Assembly: GCA_951812955.1 (NCBI GenBank)
Contig: OX638340.1
Span: 672,001 to 736,000, forward strand
Length of the DNA stretch: 64,000 bases
Origin: an uncultured Gemmatimonadota bacterium
GTDB lineage: Bacteria > JAAXHH01
Reading direction: 5' to 3'
The position numbers and the translations under genes are program-made. Shown here piece after piece: positions 39,335 to 49,106 of this stretch; the stretch's first letter is position 1, and each line of letters opens with the position of its first letter. The notes under the pieces are model-generated. The model had not been told where the DNA came from and did no database searches. It worked only from the letters and a program-made list of their open reading frames with translations.

Positions 39335-40708
39335 ATGGATTCCGACGTCAGAGACCCCATCCGCCGGGCACCCTGGCAGAACCTCCAGGTACTCATCCAG
39401 GCCGATTCACGGCACGTACTGCCTTCCTATATCGGTTCGCTGACGGCGAGCGAACTCGCCCTGGCCGTCTCGCGCCTGAGCCAGGAAGAGCATACCCGGC
39501 TGCTCAATCTCCTTTCGCCCCAGGACGCGGCCGAGTTGATCGATCAGATCGAAGACGTGCAGGCGGTCGACCTGATCGAGGATCTCCCGGCGTCGGAAGC
39601 CGCGGCGATCGTCGACGAGATGTACAGTGACGCCCAGGCGGACCTGCTCGGCGACTTGAAAGACGAAGAAGCGGAAGCTATTCTCGAGGCGATGCCGGAC
39701 GAAACGGCCGAGGAAGTCCGGCGCCTGATGCAGTATCGGGACGATACGGCCGGCGGCATGATGCTGACCGAGTTTGTATCCTATCCCGCGGATTACTCCG
39801 TTCAGCACGTAATCGACGACCTGCGGAACAGACACGATGAATACGCCGGTTACGATGTACAGTATCTTTATGTTTCGGACGGACCGAAGCTGTCCGGTGT
39901 ACTGAGACTGCGCGACGTGCTCATGGCACTGCCCGGCCAGCCGCTCACGGAGATCATGTCGGCTGACCCGGTGCGCGTCGACGTCCATACGCCGCTTGAA
40001 GAAATGCGCGACCTCTTCGAGACCTATACCTATCTCGGACTGCCGGTTATCAATGAAGAAGGGAAACTGGTCGGCGTAGTACGCGCCGCGGACGTGCAGG
40101 AAAAACTGGCGGAGAAAACCGAAAGCGAGTTCCGAAAGACGAGCGGTATCGTGGGCGGCGAGGAACTGCGCAGCATGCCCGTCCTTACAAGGTCCTCTCG
40201 CCGGCTGTCCTGGCTCAGCGTCAACGTCGTGCTGAACATCCTGGCGGCGAGCGTCATCGTATTATACCAGGATACCATTGAAAAGGCGATCACCCTGGCG
40301 GTATTTCTGCCCATCATTTCAGACATGAGCGGATGCTCGGGCAACCAGGCCGTGGCCGTGAGCATCCGGGAACTGGCCCTGGGCCTCGTACGGCCCCGGG
40401 AGATCCTGCGCGTCCTCTTCAAGGAAGCCTCGGTGGGACTCATGAACGGACTGGCGCTCGGGACGCTCTTGGCCATAGCCACCCAGTTGTGGCAGGGAAA
40501 CCCGTACCTGGGTCTAGTCGTCGGAACCGCTCTGGCTGCAAACACAGTGCTCGCTGCGTGCCTGGGTGGGGTCATTCCCCTTGCGCTCAGGGCACTCAAG
40601 GCCGATCCCGCGCTGGCCTCCGGCCCCATGCTCACGACGGTAACCGACATGTGTGGCTTCTTTCTTCTCCTCAGCCTGGCGCAGTTCGTATTGCCGAAAC
40701 TGGTATGA
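39335..40708 (+). CDS. mgtE: Magnesium transporter MgtE
   Basis: N-terminal MgtE_N acidic domain, tandem CBS domains, and a C-terminal 5-TM domain with ...FLPIISDMSGCSGNQ... Confidence 0.88.
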   Translation: MDSDVRDPIRRAPWQNLQVLIQADSRHVLPSYIGSLTASELALAVSRLSQEEHTRLLNLLSPQDAAELIDQIEDVQAVDLIEDLPASEAAAIVDEMYSDAQADLLGDLKDEEAEAILEAMPDETAEEVRRLMQYRDDTAGGMMLTEFVSYPADYSVQHVIDDLRNRHDEYAGYDVQYLYVSDGPKLSGVLRLRDVLMALPGQPLTEIMSADPVRVDVHTPLEEMRDLFETYTYLGLPVINEEGKLVGVVRAADVQEKLAEKTESEFRKTSGIVGGEELRSMPVLTRSSRRLSWLSVNVVLNILAASVIVLYQDTIEKAITLAVFLPIISDMSGCSGNQAVAVSIRELALGLVRPREILRVLFKEASVGLMNGLALGTLLAIATQLWQGNPYLGLVVGTALAANTVLAACLGGVIPLALRALKADPALASGPMLTTVTDMCGFFLLLSLAQFVLPKLV

Positions 40709-40759
40709 AACAGGTAAATTGGATCAAACCCACGGTCGAACTACCCCGACGTCGGGCAG

Positions 40760-42157
40760 GTGGATCGTGCGACATGCTATTCGGACACAAGGACATTCGC
40801 GGTGCACCCCAGCATATCCAACACCCTCGGTAGTATCCGCAAGGCAAGCCGGTTCATCGGCAGCGAGATCTGGCTCATCAATACCCAGGGATTGTCCCGG
40901 CTGCACGCACTTCTGGTGCGTATTGCCAAGTCCGTAATCTTCCTGTATAACCAGTTCTGGGAAGACCGCCTGCTGACCCGCGCCTCGGCGCTGACCTTCT
41001 CCAGCCTGCTGGCCCTTGTCCCGCTGCTCGCTATCGTCTTTACCCTGTACCAAAGCATGGGCCTGTACGTGGAAATCGAACCTACCCTCCGAGAATGGCT
41101 GAGTCCACTGGGCAGCAACGGAGATGTCGTGGCCACGAATATCATGAATTTCCTGGCCAATGCCCAAACCGGCACGCTGGGATACGTCGGGGTGGTGGTC
41201 CTTCTATTCGCGGTCCTGGGAATCCTGGCGAATATCGAGGAATCCTACAACGACATCTGGCACGTACGGCAGATGCGAAACTGGAAGCAACGACTGGTCA
41301 GCTACCTGGCCCTGTTGCTCATTGGACCGCTGATCATCACCGGCGTAGTTACTTTTACGGGTTCGTCCGACAGCATTGCCATCCTGGCCTACATCGAACG
41401 GATCGCGGGATTCTCGCCCCTGTCCTTATTGCTGATCGGACTCTTTTTTTCACTCATTATCTGGTCGGTGCCCAATACGCGGGTTTGGATCCGTTCCGCC
41501 CTGGTCGGCGGCATGAGTTCCGGGTTCGGCTGGTTGTGGCTCAACTGGGCCTTCGCCCAGTTCATTGCCGATACGACGCAGGCGAGCGCGAGAGAGATCC
41601 TTTTTGCCGGTTTCGCCGCCCTGCCGCTATTCCTGATCTGGCTGTACCTGGGCTGGGTGATCCTGCTGCTGGGAGCGATCCTGGCCTATTCGATTCAGAA
41701 CGTGAACACCATGGAGTGGAGGCAATCGGAGCGGGTCCACGGGACGGCGCTGCGGAATTACATCAACGTCCTCGCGTTCCTCTACATCATCCGCAATTAC
41801 GTGGAAGAAAACCGGCCGACCAGGCTGGATCGGCTTGCCGTACAGACAGGGGCTCCGGAGAACGTACTGGACGAAATGCTGTCTTCCTACGTGGATTCCG
41901 GTCTGCTTTCGAGGAAATCCGGACACCGCGTCACCTACGTTCCTGCCACCTCGCCTGCGGATATTCCCCTGCGTTCCCTGCTGAACGTGCTGTATCATCC
42001 GGAAACGCTGCCGGACCGGTTCGAGGGTGTCGATCCGCTGCATGCCATGGCCCGGGACCTACTGCAGTACTACCGGACGTCCTACCACTATCCCCTCGAT
42101 CAGTCCCTTACGGACACGGTGCTTTCACTCACGCCGCCGAGGAAGAACGCCCAGTGA
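40760..42157 (+). CDS. YihY/BrkB family inner-membrane protein with a C-terminal extension
   Basis: ...ASALTFSSLLALVPLLAIVF... and a multi-TM core typical of YihY; 465 aa. Confidence 0.65.
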   Translation: MDRATCYSDTRTFAVHPSISNTLGSIRKASRFIGSEIWLINTQGLSRLHALLVRIAKSVIFLYNQFWEDRLLTRASALTFSSLLALVPLLAIVFTLYQSMGLYVEIEPTLREWLSPLGSNGDVVATNIMNFLANAQTGTLGYVGVVVLLFAVLGILANIEESYNDIWHVRQMRNWKQRLVSYLALLLIGPLIITGVVTFTGSSDSIAILAYIERIAGFSPLSLLLIGLFFSLIIWSVPNTRVWIRSALVGGMSSGFGWLWLNWAFAQFIADTTQASAREILFAGFAALPLFLIWLYLGWVILLLGAILAYSIQNVNTMEWRQSERVHGTALRNYINVLAFLYIIRNYVEENRPTRLDRLAVQTGAPENVLDEMLSSYVDSGLLSRKSGHRVTYVPATSPADIPLRSLLNVLYHPETLPDRFEGVDPLHAMARDLLQYYRTSYHYPLDQSLTDTVLSLTPPRKNAQ

Positions 42158-42175
42158 TCCGAGGCGGGTAAACGC

Positions 42176-43357
42176 CTAATAACAGGTACCGGAACGCCTC
42201 AATCCCTCCAGGCTGCATCCCCGCGCTAGGTCGTGTTCCTTGACCGTGCGGAAGAATTCTTCCATCCCGAGCAGAAAGGGTTCGATGTATTCCCGCGAAC
42301 CGGCCTTGCCCATGTGACCCACGCGTAGCGAGTCCCTTGCGAATTCACCCATGGCCTGTGCCGCCAGGAAGCCATGGTTGCGCAGCAGGTAGGTCCGCAG
42401 TTCCGCGGCTTCGGAAACGTCCGGGTGGACCCGGAAGGTAGTCACCGTGTAGGACGCGGCCGGATCGGCAACGATGGGGGCGCACCCCACCGCGCGCAGT
42501 CCGGCGCGGACCACGGACTGGGCCCATGCGTACCGGGACCAGTGGCCTTGAAGGGTCTCGCGGTGGATGATCCGCCGCAGGCTGGCGTGAAGGGAGACGA
42601 TCAGGCTGCTGGACTGCGTCGTGGGATAGGGATGTTCTCCCGAAGCTTCGGACGCCCGCTTCCAAACGGCGAGGTCGTAGTACCAGCCCCGGTGAGCGCT
42701 GTCCTTGGCGCGTATGATATCCCACGCCCGGTCGCTGACCGCCAGAATACCCAGGCCCGGTGCGGTTTCAAGGGCCTTGTTTGAAGAAGTCACGGCCACG
42801 TCGATCCCCAGTTCGTCCACGGGAATGTCATAGCCGCCCAGGGCCGAAACGCCGTCAACGAAGAAGGGCAGGTCGAACTCGCGTGCCAGGCCGGCATATT
42901 CCTCCAGGGGATTCCGGACGCCCGTGCCCGTATCGTTGGCGACCACGACCAGGCCGGCTGCCGCCGGATGCCGTTCAAGCGCATCGCGCATTTTGGCCGG
43001 ATCGGCGGGCTCGCCCCATGGGTCATCCACGGCGACGACCTCGCTTCGGAATGCCTTGAGTATTTCGACGAGCCGGTTGGCGAATGGGCCGTTGGTCGCC
43101 ACCACCACCTGTTCACCGGGCCGGAAGAGGCTGCACAGCCCCGCATCGAGCGCGCCGGAACCGGGGGCGGTCATGATGATGATGTCGTTACGGGTCTGGA
43201 AGATGGTCCGGAGCATCGATACGGTTTCTTCGTAGATGGGACCGAAGTCTTCGCCGTAGTGGGGCAGTACCTGCTCGCTCAGGGCCTGCAGGGTTTCCTC
43301 CCAGATATCGATGGGACCGGGCAACAGCAATTTGGGTCGGGCCATGGGTTTACTCAA
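42176..43357 (-). CDS. Class-V aminotransferase (AGXT / serine-pyruvate / PhnW-like)
   Basis: ...VDGVSALGG...VTSSNKAL... PLP-lysine region; about 390 aa. Its start overlaps the upstream aminotransferase stop. Confidence 0.75.
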   Translation of the reverse strand: MSKPMARPKLLLPGPIDIWEETLQALSEQVLPHYGEDFGPIYEETVSMLRTIFQTRNDIIIMTAPGSGALDAGLCSLFRPGEQVVVATNGPFANRLVEILKAFRSEVVAVDDPWGEPADPAKMRDALERHPAAAGLVVVANDTGTGVRNPLEEYAGLAREFDLPFFVDGVSALGGYDIPVDELGIDVAVTSSNKALETAPGLGILAVSDRAWDIIRAKDSAHRGWYYDLAVWKRASEASGEHPYPTTQSSSLIVSLHASLRRIIHRETLQGHWSRYAWAQSVVRAGLRAVGCAPIVADPAASYTVTTFRVHPDVSEAAELRTYLLRNHGFLAAQAMGEFARDSLRVGHMGKAGSREYIEPFLLGMEEFFRTVKEHDLARGCSLEGLRRSGTCY

Positions 43358-44565
43358 TCCAGGTGAACGTCGGGTTGCTTGGCGATTATCTCGTTGATTG
43401 CGCTGATGAAGCGGTCGATGTCTTCGTAGGAATCATAGAAGTGCGTGGAGACCCTGAAGAATGAAAGGTCGTTTGCTCCAATGGCGGTGACCTCGATCTT
43501 GTAGTCTTTCCAAAGGTACTCACAGACTTTGGGAAGATCTATGCCTTCGATCGAGAAACTGGAGATGAACCCGGACATGGATTCGTCCATGGGAATCGTA
43601 AGCCGGGCACCCCGGATCCGTTCGAGCGCCTGCGCCTTCAGGTACCGGGCCAGGCCGAGACAGTAAGGACGGATCCTGCTCTCCCATCCGATGTCGAGCT
43701 GGTAATCGATGGCGTCTCCCAGGCAGGCATGGGGGGTCAGATCGCGCGTTCCGTTCACATCGTAGCGGCTGGCTGCATCCGTTTCACGCATATTGTGGCC
43801 GATTACCACGGGACGGACCTTGTTCTGGTACTTGGCATCCATGTAGAGAAACCCCACGCCCTTGGGCGCCAGCAGCCACTTGTGGGAACTGCTCGCGTAG
43901 AAGTCACACCCGACGTCCGAAAGGTCCAGGGGAACCATGCCGACGGCGTGGGCGCCGTCCACCATGGCCACGGCGCCGTGCGCATGGGCCAGGCGGGTGA
44001 GTTCCTTGATGGGGGCGACGAGTCCGGTCGTGAAGTACACGTGGCTGAAAACGACCACGCTGGTGTTATCGGTGATTCCCGCTTCGTAGGCTTCCACGAT
44101 ATCCCGGGGTGAGGACGGTGGCGTGGGTAACGGAACATAGTTCAGGTTCAGGCCGTCCCGCTCGGCCAGCCACGTCCACAGGGCGCGGACGGCGGGGTAT
44201 TCCTGGTCGCTCAGCAGCACGTCGCTTCCACGTTCCCAGATCAGACCCTGACCGGGTATGTTCATGCCCATGGTCGTGTTCAGCACGAGGGCAATCCGGT
44301 CCGGGGTCGTTCCGACGAACCGGGCGAGCTTCTCCCTGGACTGCTCCACCAGGGGCCTGAGAAGATCGCCGTGCCGACGATGCAGGGGATCCGCCTCGAA
44401 TTCCCGCATCAATTCGATGATCCGTTCGATGACCGGCCTGGCGGACGGCCCGACCGTTCCGCCCTGCAGGTAGGTTACGTCGTCCATCAGGTAGAACTGT
44501 TTCCTGATGTCGGACCAATAGGCGGCTTCTTCGGCGGCGATAGGATGCCTGGATTGAGCGGTCAT
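43354..44565 (-). CDS. Class-V aminotransferase-fold PLP enzyme (cysteine desulfurase / isopenicillin-N-epimerase-like)
   Basis: ...DFYASSSHKWLLAPKGVGFLY... PLP-lysine motif; 403 aa. Confidence 0.75.
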   Translation of the reverse strand: MTAQSRHPIAAEEAAYWSDIRKQFYLMDDVTYLQGGTVGPSARPVIERIIELMREFEADPLHRRHGDLLRPLVEQSREKLARFVGTTPDRIALVLNTTMGMNIPGQGLIWERGSDVLLSDQEYPAVRALWTWLAERDGLNLNYVPLPTPPSSPRDIVEAYEAGITDNTSVVVFSHVYFTTGLVAPIKELTRLAHAHGAVAMVDGAHAVGMVPLDLSDVGCDFYASSSHKWLLAPKGVGFLYMDAKYQNKVRPVVIGHNMRETDAASRYDVNGTRDLTPHACLGDAIDYQLDIGWESRIRPYCLGLARYLKAQALERIRGARLTIPMDESMSGFISSFSIEGIDLPKVCEYLWKDYKIEVTAIGANDLSFFRVSTHFYDSYEDIDRFISAINEIIAKQPDVHLD

Positions 44566-44860
44566 GGTCTGTCCCGGACTAGGGTGAAAAACGGCGAGAA
44601 TCGTTGACGGACATCGCGATTATACTAACCGGACCGCATAGGGGTGTCAAGGCGTTACGAAGCTTTTGAACCGGCGAGGTGAATGTCGGTAAGATCGTCG
44701 AATGGAAAGCGATCCGCACCATGCGTTGAACGTCAGAAATGCCTTGTCAACACGGCCGCGGCATCTACCTTTTGCTGGATTGCCTTCGTTGAAGGAATCA
44801 CGACGATCGAGGTTTTCGTTCGCACGTTTCAAACTGGACCAGAAAAGGAGAAAACAGCCG

Positions 44861-45616
44861 ATGCGAGGAAACAGAGTGCTGGAGAAACTGAGGGCCGGAG
44901 AGACCGCCCACGTGGTCGGCGGCCACAGCCACACGGCGAATTCCATCGATTTCATGGGCCAGTTTGGATTTGACGGCTTCTGGATCGAGGGCGAACACGG
45001 CGACATTACTTTCGACCGGATCGGTGACGTCTCCCGGGCATGCGACCTGTGGAACATGGCGTCTGTCATGCGTGTACACGCCAACGAGACCGGGTTGATC
45101 GGCCGCACGCTGGACTGCGGTGTCAGCGGCCTGGTCGTCCCCCATGTGAGCAGCGCGGAGGCGGCGGACCGCGTGGTGCGCGCCAGCCGGTTCGCGCCGG
45201 CCGGCATGCGCGGCATGTACTTCAACCGACGGGGCTACGGCACCGACAACAGCGAGTTCATCGCGAAGGTGAACGATGAGATCCTCGTCATCGTACTCAT
45301 CGAAGAGATCGAGGCCGTGGAAAACCTGGACGAGATACTCGCCGTGGACCACATCGACGTATTCTTCGTCGCCCCGGGCGACCTCGCCCAGACCATGGGC
45401 CATCCGGGACGGATGTATCACCCGGAAGTGAAGAAAGTGGTTTCCGATACGCTAGGACGGATCGTCGCGGCCGGTCGGAACGCTGGATCACTTGTCGGGG
45501 AGGAGACCTTCGACGCACACGCCGAGATCGGCGTCCGGTTCTTCTTCACCGTGTATGACCACTGGCTCCGGGCTGGCGCCAAGGGCTACTGGGACAGGGT
45601 GGCTTCCCAGGGGTAG
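44861..45616 (+). CDS. HpcH/HpaI family aldolase (2-keto-3-deoxy-acid aldolase / citrate-lyase-beta-like)
   Basis: ...GFDGFWIEGEHG...VLIEEIEAVENLDEIL...VFFVAPGDLA... AAAAGGAG RBS 10 nt upstream of ATG 44861. The longer listed ORF (from 44702) is rejected. Confidence 0.8.
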   Translation: MRGNRVLEKLRAGETAHVVGGHSHTANSIDFMGQFGFDGFWIEGEHGDITFDRIGDVSRACDLWNMASVMRVHANETGLIGRTLDCGVSGLVVPHVSSAEAADRVVRASRFAPAGMRGMYFNRRGYGTDNSEFIAKVNDEILVIVLIEEIEAVENLDEILAVDHIDVFFVAPGDLAQTMGHPGRMYHPEVKKVVSDTLGRIVAAGRNAGSLVGEETFDAHAEIGVRFFFTVYDHWLRAGAKGYWDRVASQG

Positions 45617-45631
45617 ACCGGACGAACGGAT

Positions 45632-46588
45632 TCAATCGGTCCGGCTTCCCGGATCACCCGCGCCTTCGGCCTTTGCCCGTTCGTAGACGACGGCGGCCAC
45701 GGCCACATCTTCCACGGCCAGCCCCTGGGATTCGAAGAGGGTAATTTCATCGGAATCGGTACGGCCTGGCACGTGGCCGGCAACTACGTCGGCCAACTCG
45801 TGGACGCGGTCCCATTGAAGGAGTCCCTTTTCCACCGATTCGAGCAAGTCTCCGCACTCCACCTTCGCCTGCTCCCTGGAATCGACGGTGACCACGCCGG
45901 CTCGACTGACCGTCTCCGCATCGATTTCACTGCGTATGAGCGCGTTGGAACCAGCTGCGTTCACATGGGTGCCCGGTGCGAGCCAGGCGCCTTCCAGCAC
46001 CGGTCGCGCCGCGCTGGTGATCGTGATCGCCACTTCCACTTCTTCAACGCAGGCCCTGGCTGAATCAGCCGGGCGTACCGGCACTCCCAGGGCCTCGCTC
46101 ATCTCGCGGCAATACGCCTCTCTTCGCGTCCGATCCCGTCCATAGGCTTTAACACCCGTCACGTTGCGTACTTCACATACTGCAGCCAACTGGCTTCGGG
46201 CCTGCCATCCCGTTCCGATCACTCCCACGGTAGCCGCGTCATCCCGCGCCATGTACTTCGTCGCCACGCCGCTCGCCGCGCCCGTTCGCATCTGGCCGAG
46301 CCGGTCGGCCTCGATCGCAACCAGCGGTTCGCCCGTGTCGGCTTTGAACAATAAAACCAGGAATCTCGCACCGTGCCGCGTAGTCGTGTACGCTTTCAGT
46401 CCGGTGAGATTCAACTCCGGGATCCCCCCGGACATGACGTGGAGCGTATGGCCCGGAAGCCGTACCCTCGAACGCGGGATGTTGACCGCCGATCCAGCGC
46501 CGAGTCCACGGAACACTTCTTCGACCGCGCGGACTGCCGCGGCCATGGACAGTAAACCTCCTACTTCTTCCTCATTGATGTACAGCAT
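45632..46588 (-). CDS. Ornithine cyclodeaminase / mu-crystallin family protein
   Basis: ...LTGLKAYTTT...VGVIGTGWQARSQL... Rossmann motif and OCD family length. Confidence 0.8.
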   Translation of the reverse strand: MLYINEEEVGGLLSMAAAVRAVEEVFRGLGAGSAVNIPRSRVRLPGHTLHVMSGGIPELNLTGLKAYTTTRHGARFLVLLFKADTGEPLVAIEADRLGQMRTGAASGVATKYMARDDAATVGVIGTGWQARSQLAAVCEVRNVTGVKAYGRDRTRREAYCREMSEALGVPVRPADSARACVEEVEVAITITSAARPVLEGAWLAPGTHVNAAGSNALIRSEIDAETVSRAGVVTVDSREQAKVECGDLLESVEKGLLQWDRVHELADVVAGHVPGRTDSDEITLFESQGLAVEDVAVAAVVYERAKAEGAGDPGSRTD

Positions 46589-46620
46589 GCTTGCGCTCCG
46601 ATCGGTTCGGTTAACGGTTC

Positions 46621-46760
46621 CGGGAACTTCGCTGCCGTCCGGGAACTCCGCTGCCGGACGTGAACTCCGCTGCCGTCCGGGAACTCCGCTGCCGTCCGGG
46701 AACTCCGCTGCCGGACGTGAACTACGCTGCCGTCAGGGCACTCCGCTGCCGGACGGCACT
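46621..46760. repeat. 19-bp tandem repeat, about 7 copies (consensus cgggaactccgctgccgtc), non-coding, in the divergent intergenic region between the OCD-family gene and the MFS transporter gene
   Basis: Units read directly. The period is not a multiple of 3, and copies alternate ...gccgtc / ...gccgga endings. Confidence 0.85.
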
Positions 46761-46941
46761 CCACTGGTGACAGCGCGTGTTCAAACCGGAGCGGCCATGC
46801 CTCGGGCGAACGGGCGGTGATCCCATACAGCAGGCCATGATATCCGGTCCTTCGACGGGGTGTCAAGGCCAATGTTACGGCTTAACCGCAGAGGACGCGC
46901 GTCTTGACAGTACCCGTGGGCGTGGTATCTTCAGCTTCGTC

Positions 46942-48177
46942 ATGCCTCTGCCCTTCCAAGCGTTTCGAGACCGGTTTCCCGCGCTCCGATACCGCGATTT
47001 CCGCCTCCTGTGGTCCGGTCAGATCGTTTCGCTTACCGGATCACGAATGCAGCAGACGGCCGTGCTGTGGCATATGTATTTGTTGACCGAGTCCGCGTAT
47101 GCCCTTGGTGCGATGGCAGTTATAAGACTCATACCCATCGTGATTCTTTCTCCGCTCGCCGGTGTGATCGCCGACACCCATGACCGCAAGCGCGTACTGC
47201 TCATCGCCCAGTGCGGCCTCGCCCTGATCAGTACGACGCTGGCGTGGATCACCTGGTCGAGCCAGGATTCCCCCACCATGTTGTATGTGATCACCGCCAT
47301 AAGCGCTGGGATCGGTTGCTTCAGTAGCCCGGCCAAAAACGCCATGGTGCCGAACCTGGTCGACCGGAGGCACCTGGCCAACGCCATGAGTATCAACATC
47401 ACCGCCTCCCATGTCGCATCGGTGACCGGGCCGGGCATTGCCGGCCTGATCCTGGCATCGGGCTCAATCGCGGCCGTTTACTGGATCAATACGGTTTCAT
47501 TTGTCTTCATGATTGTTCCAATCCTCATGTTGCGTTCCGGGCACCGCAGCATCGGCGGCGTGACACGGGTCAGCTTTGCGGCAGCGCTCGAGGGGCTGCG
47601 GTTCATAAGGCGTTCGTCCATTATACGCTCGGCGATGTTGCTGGACTTCACCGCTACGTTCTTTGCGTCCGCCACATCGTTGCTGCCGATTTTTGCCGTT
47701 GAAGTACTGGACGTCGGGGAACAGGGGTACGGCCTGCTTACGGCGGCCCCGGCGATCGGCGCCGTGCTGACCGGCGCAATCATGTCCACCTTCCCAGTGA
47801 TTTCGGGCCAGGGACGGCTGTTGTTCAAAGCGGTGGCGTGTTACGCGCTGGCCACCGTGGTCTTCGGCATATCATCAAGCTTCTGGCTCACCTTCGCCGC
47901 GCTGTTCCTGACTGGGGCGTTCGATACGGTAAGCATGGTGCTGCGCCATACCGTCATGCAGCTGTCGACCCCGGATGAATTGCGCGGCCGCATGACTTCG
48001 GTGAACATGATTTTCGTCATGGGCGGACCCCGGCTCGGCGAAGCAGAAGCCGGCCTGGTGGCGGGACTCGCGGGAGCCCCCTTCTCCGTAATTACAGGTG
48101 GGATCGGCTGCCTCGTGGCCGTCGCCGTCATAGCCTGGCGGTCTCCCACGTTGAGACGATACGACGGCCAACGATGA
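46942..48177 (+). CDS. MFS transporter
   Basis: 12-TM hydrophobic profile with an N-terminal MFS motif region (...LWSGQIVSLTGSRMQ...). ATG 46942 is chosen over the longer ORF. Confidence 0.75.
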   Translation: MPLPFQAFRDRFPALRYRDFRLLWSGQIVSLTGSRMQQTAVLWHMYLLTESAYALGAMAVIRLIPIVILSPLAGVIADTHDRKRVLLIAQCGLALISTTLAWITWSSQDSPTMLYVITAISAGIGCFSSPAKNAMVPNLVDRRHLANAMSINITASHVASVTGPGIAGLILASGSIAAVYWINTVSFVFMIVPILMLRSGHRSIGGVTRVSFAAALEGLRFIRRSSIIRSAMLLDFTATFFASATSLLPIFAVEVLDVGEQGYGLLTAAPAIGAVLTGAIMSTFPVISGQGRLLFKAVACYALATVVFGISSSFWLTFAALFLTGAFDTVSMVLRHTVMQLSTPDELRGRMTSVNMIFVMGGPRLGEAEAGLVAGLAGAPFSVITGGIGCLVAVAVIAWRSPTLRRYDGQR

Positions 48178-48199
48178 CTCGGTTTCGAAAGGACTAGTT

Positions 48200-49051
48200 A
48201 TGATATACGATGTTCACGCTCACGCATGGCGGTACCCCGATCACTTCAACGATACCTTCCGTAACCAGGCGATCAGAATGCGGGGGTATGAGCTGGACCT
48301 GACTCCGGAATACGCGAGCTACCTGGCTTCCGCGCGGACCGCCGGACAGCCCGTGAAAACTGTGGTCTTCGGTGGTAAGGCAAGGCTGTCGGGACTGTGG
48401 ACGCCGGACAGTTACGTGGCGGCATACTGTGCGGAGTATCCCGACCAGGCGATCCCCTTCATGTCTCTGGACCCCACCCAGGACGGATGGAGAGACGAGA
48501 TGACCGAAGGGCGGGAACACCTGGGCATGCGCGGTATCAAGCTTCTGCCCATGTACGCGGGGTTCTATCCCCAGGACCCCGAACTCGACGACCTGTGGCA
48601 GTACGCTGCCCGAAACGACCTACCGGTGCTTCTGCATACCGGCACGACCTTCGTCGACCAGGCACCCCTGGACTGCACCCTGCCGCGGCACCTCGACGCG
48701 GTCGCCATCAAGTTCCCGGAATGCCGGATCATCCTGGCCCACCTCGGCCACCCCTACGAAGGGGAAACCGTGGCAGTGATCCGCAAGCACCCCAACGTGT
48801 ACGCCGATGTGTCCGCGCTGCACTACCGCCCCTTTCAGCTCTATCACAGTCTCATGCTCGTCCAGGAATACGGGGTATGGAACAAGCTCCTCTTCGGTAC
48901 CGACTACCCGGTCACGACGGTGGACGACACGCTTCGCGACCTGCGCGGACTGAACGGCATGCTCGAAGGCACGGCCCTGCCTCGGCTGGACATAGCGGAA
49001 ATGGAGGAGATGATTCACCGGGACGCGGGGGAGATCCTGGGGATTGACTGA
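48200..49051 (+). CDS. Amidohydrolase-2 family TIM-barrel metal-dependent hydrolase
   Basis: MIYDVHAHAW...LLHTG...ILAHLGHP...GTDYP metal-ligand pattern. Confidence 0.75.
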   Translation: MIYDVHAHAWRYPDHFNDTFRNQAIRMRGYELDLTPEYASYLASARTAGQPVKTVVFGGKARLSGLWTPDSYVAAYCAEYPDQAIPFMSLDPTQDGWRDEMTEGREHLGMRGIKLLPMYAGFYPQDPELDDLWQYAARNDLPVLLHTGTTFVDQAPLDCTLPRHLDAVAIKFPECRIILAHLGHPYEGETVAVIRKHPNVYADVSALHYRPFQLYHSLMLVQEYGVWNKLLFGTDYPVTTVDDTLRDLRGLNGMLEGTALPRLDIAEMEEMIHRDAGEILGID

Positions 49052-49106
49052 TCCCGCCGGGAGGGGCGGGGCAGTCAACGCCAAACCGCACGTTTGACCG
49101 CGCGTC

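Noticed and set aside
46621-46760. Possible CRISPR array
   Set aside because: The repeats are directly abutting with no unique spacers and the unit is only 19 bp. The same applies to the 45-bp array at 58651-58785.
46561-46872. Minus-strand 103-aa ORF and plus-strand 218-aa ORF across the 19-bp repeat array
   Set aside because: The period is 19 bp, not a multiple of 3, so the repetitive translations (PDGSVVHVRQRSSRTAA...) are artefacts. The region is intergenic.
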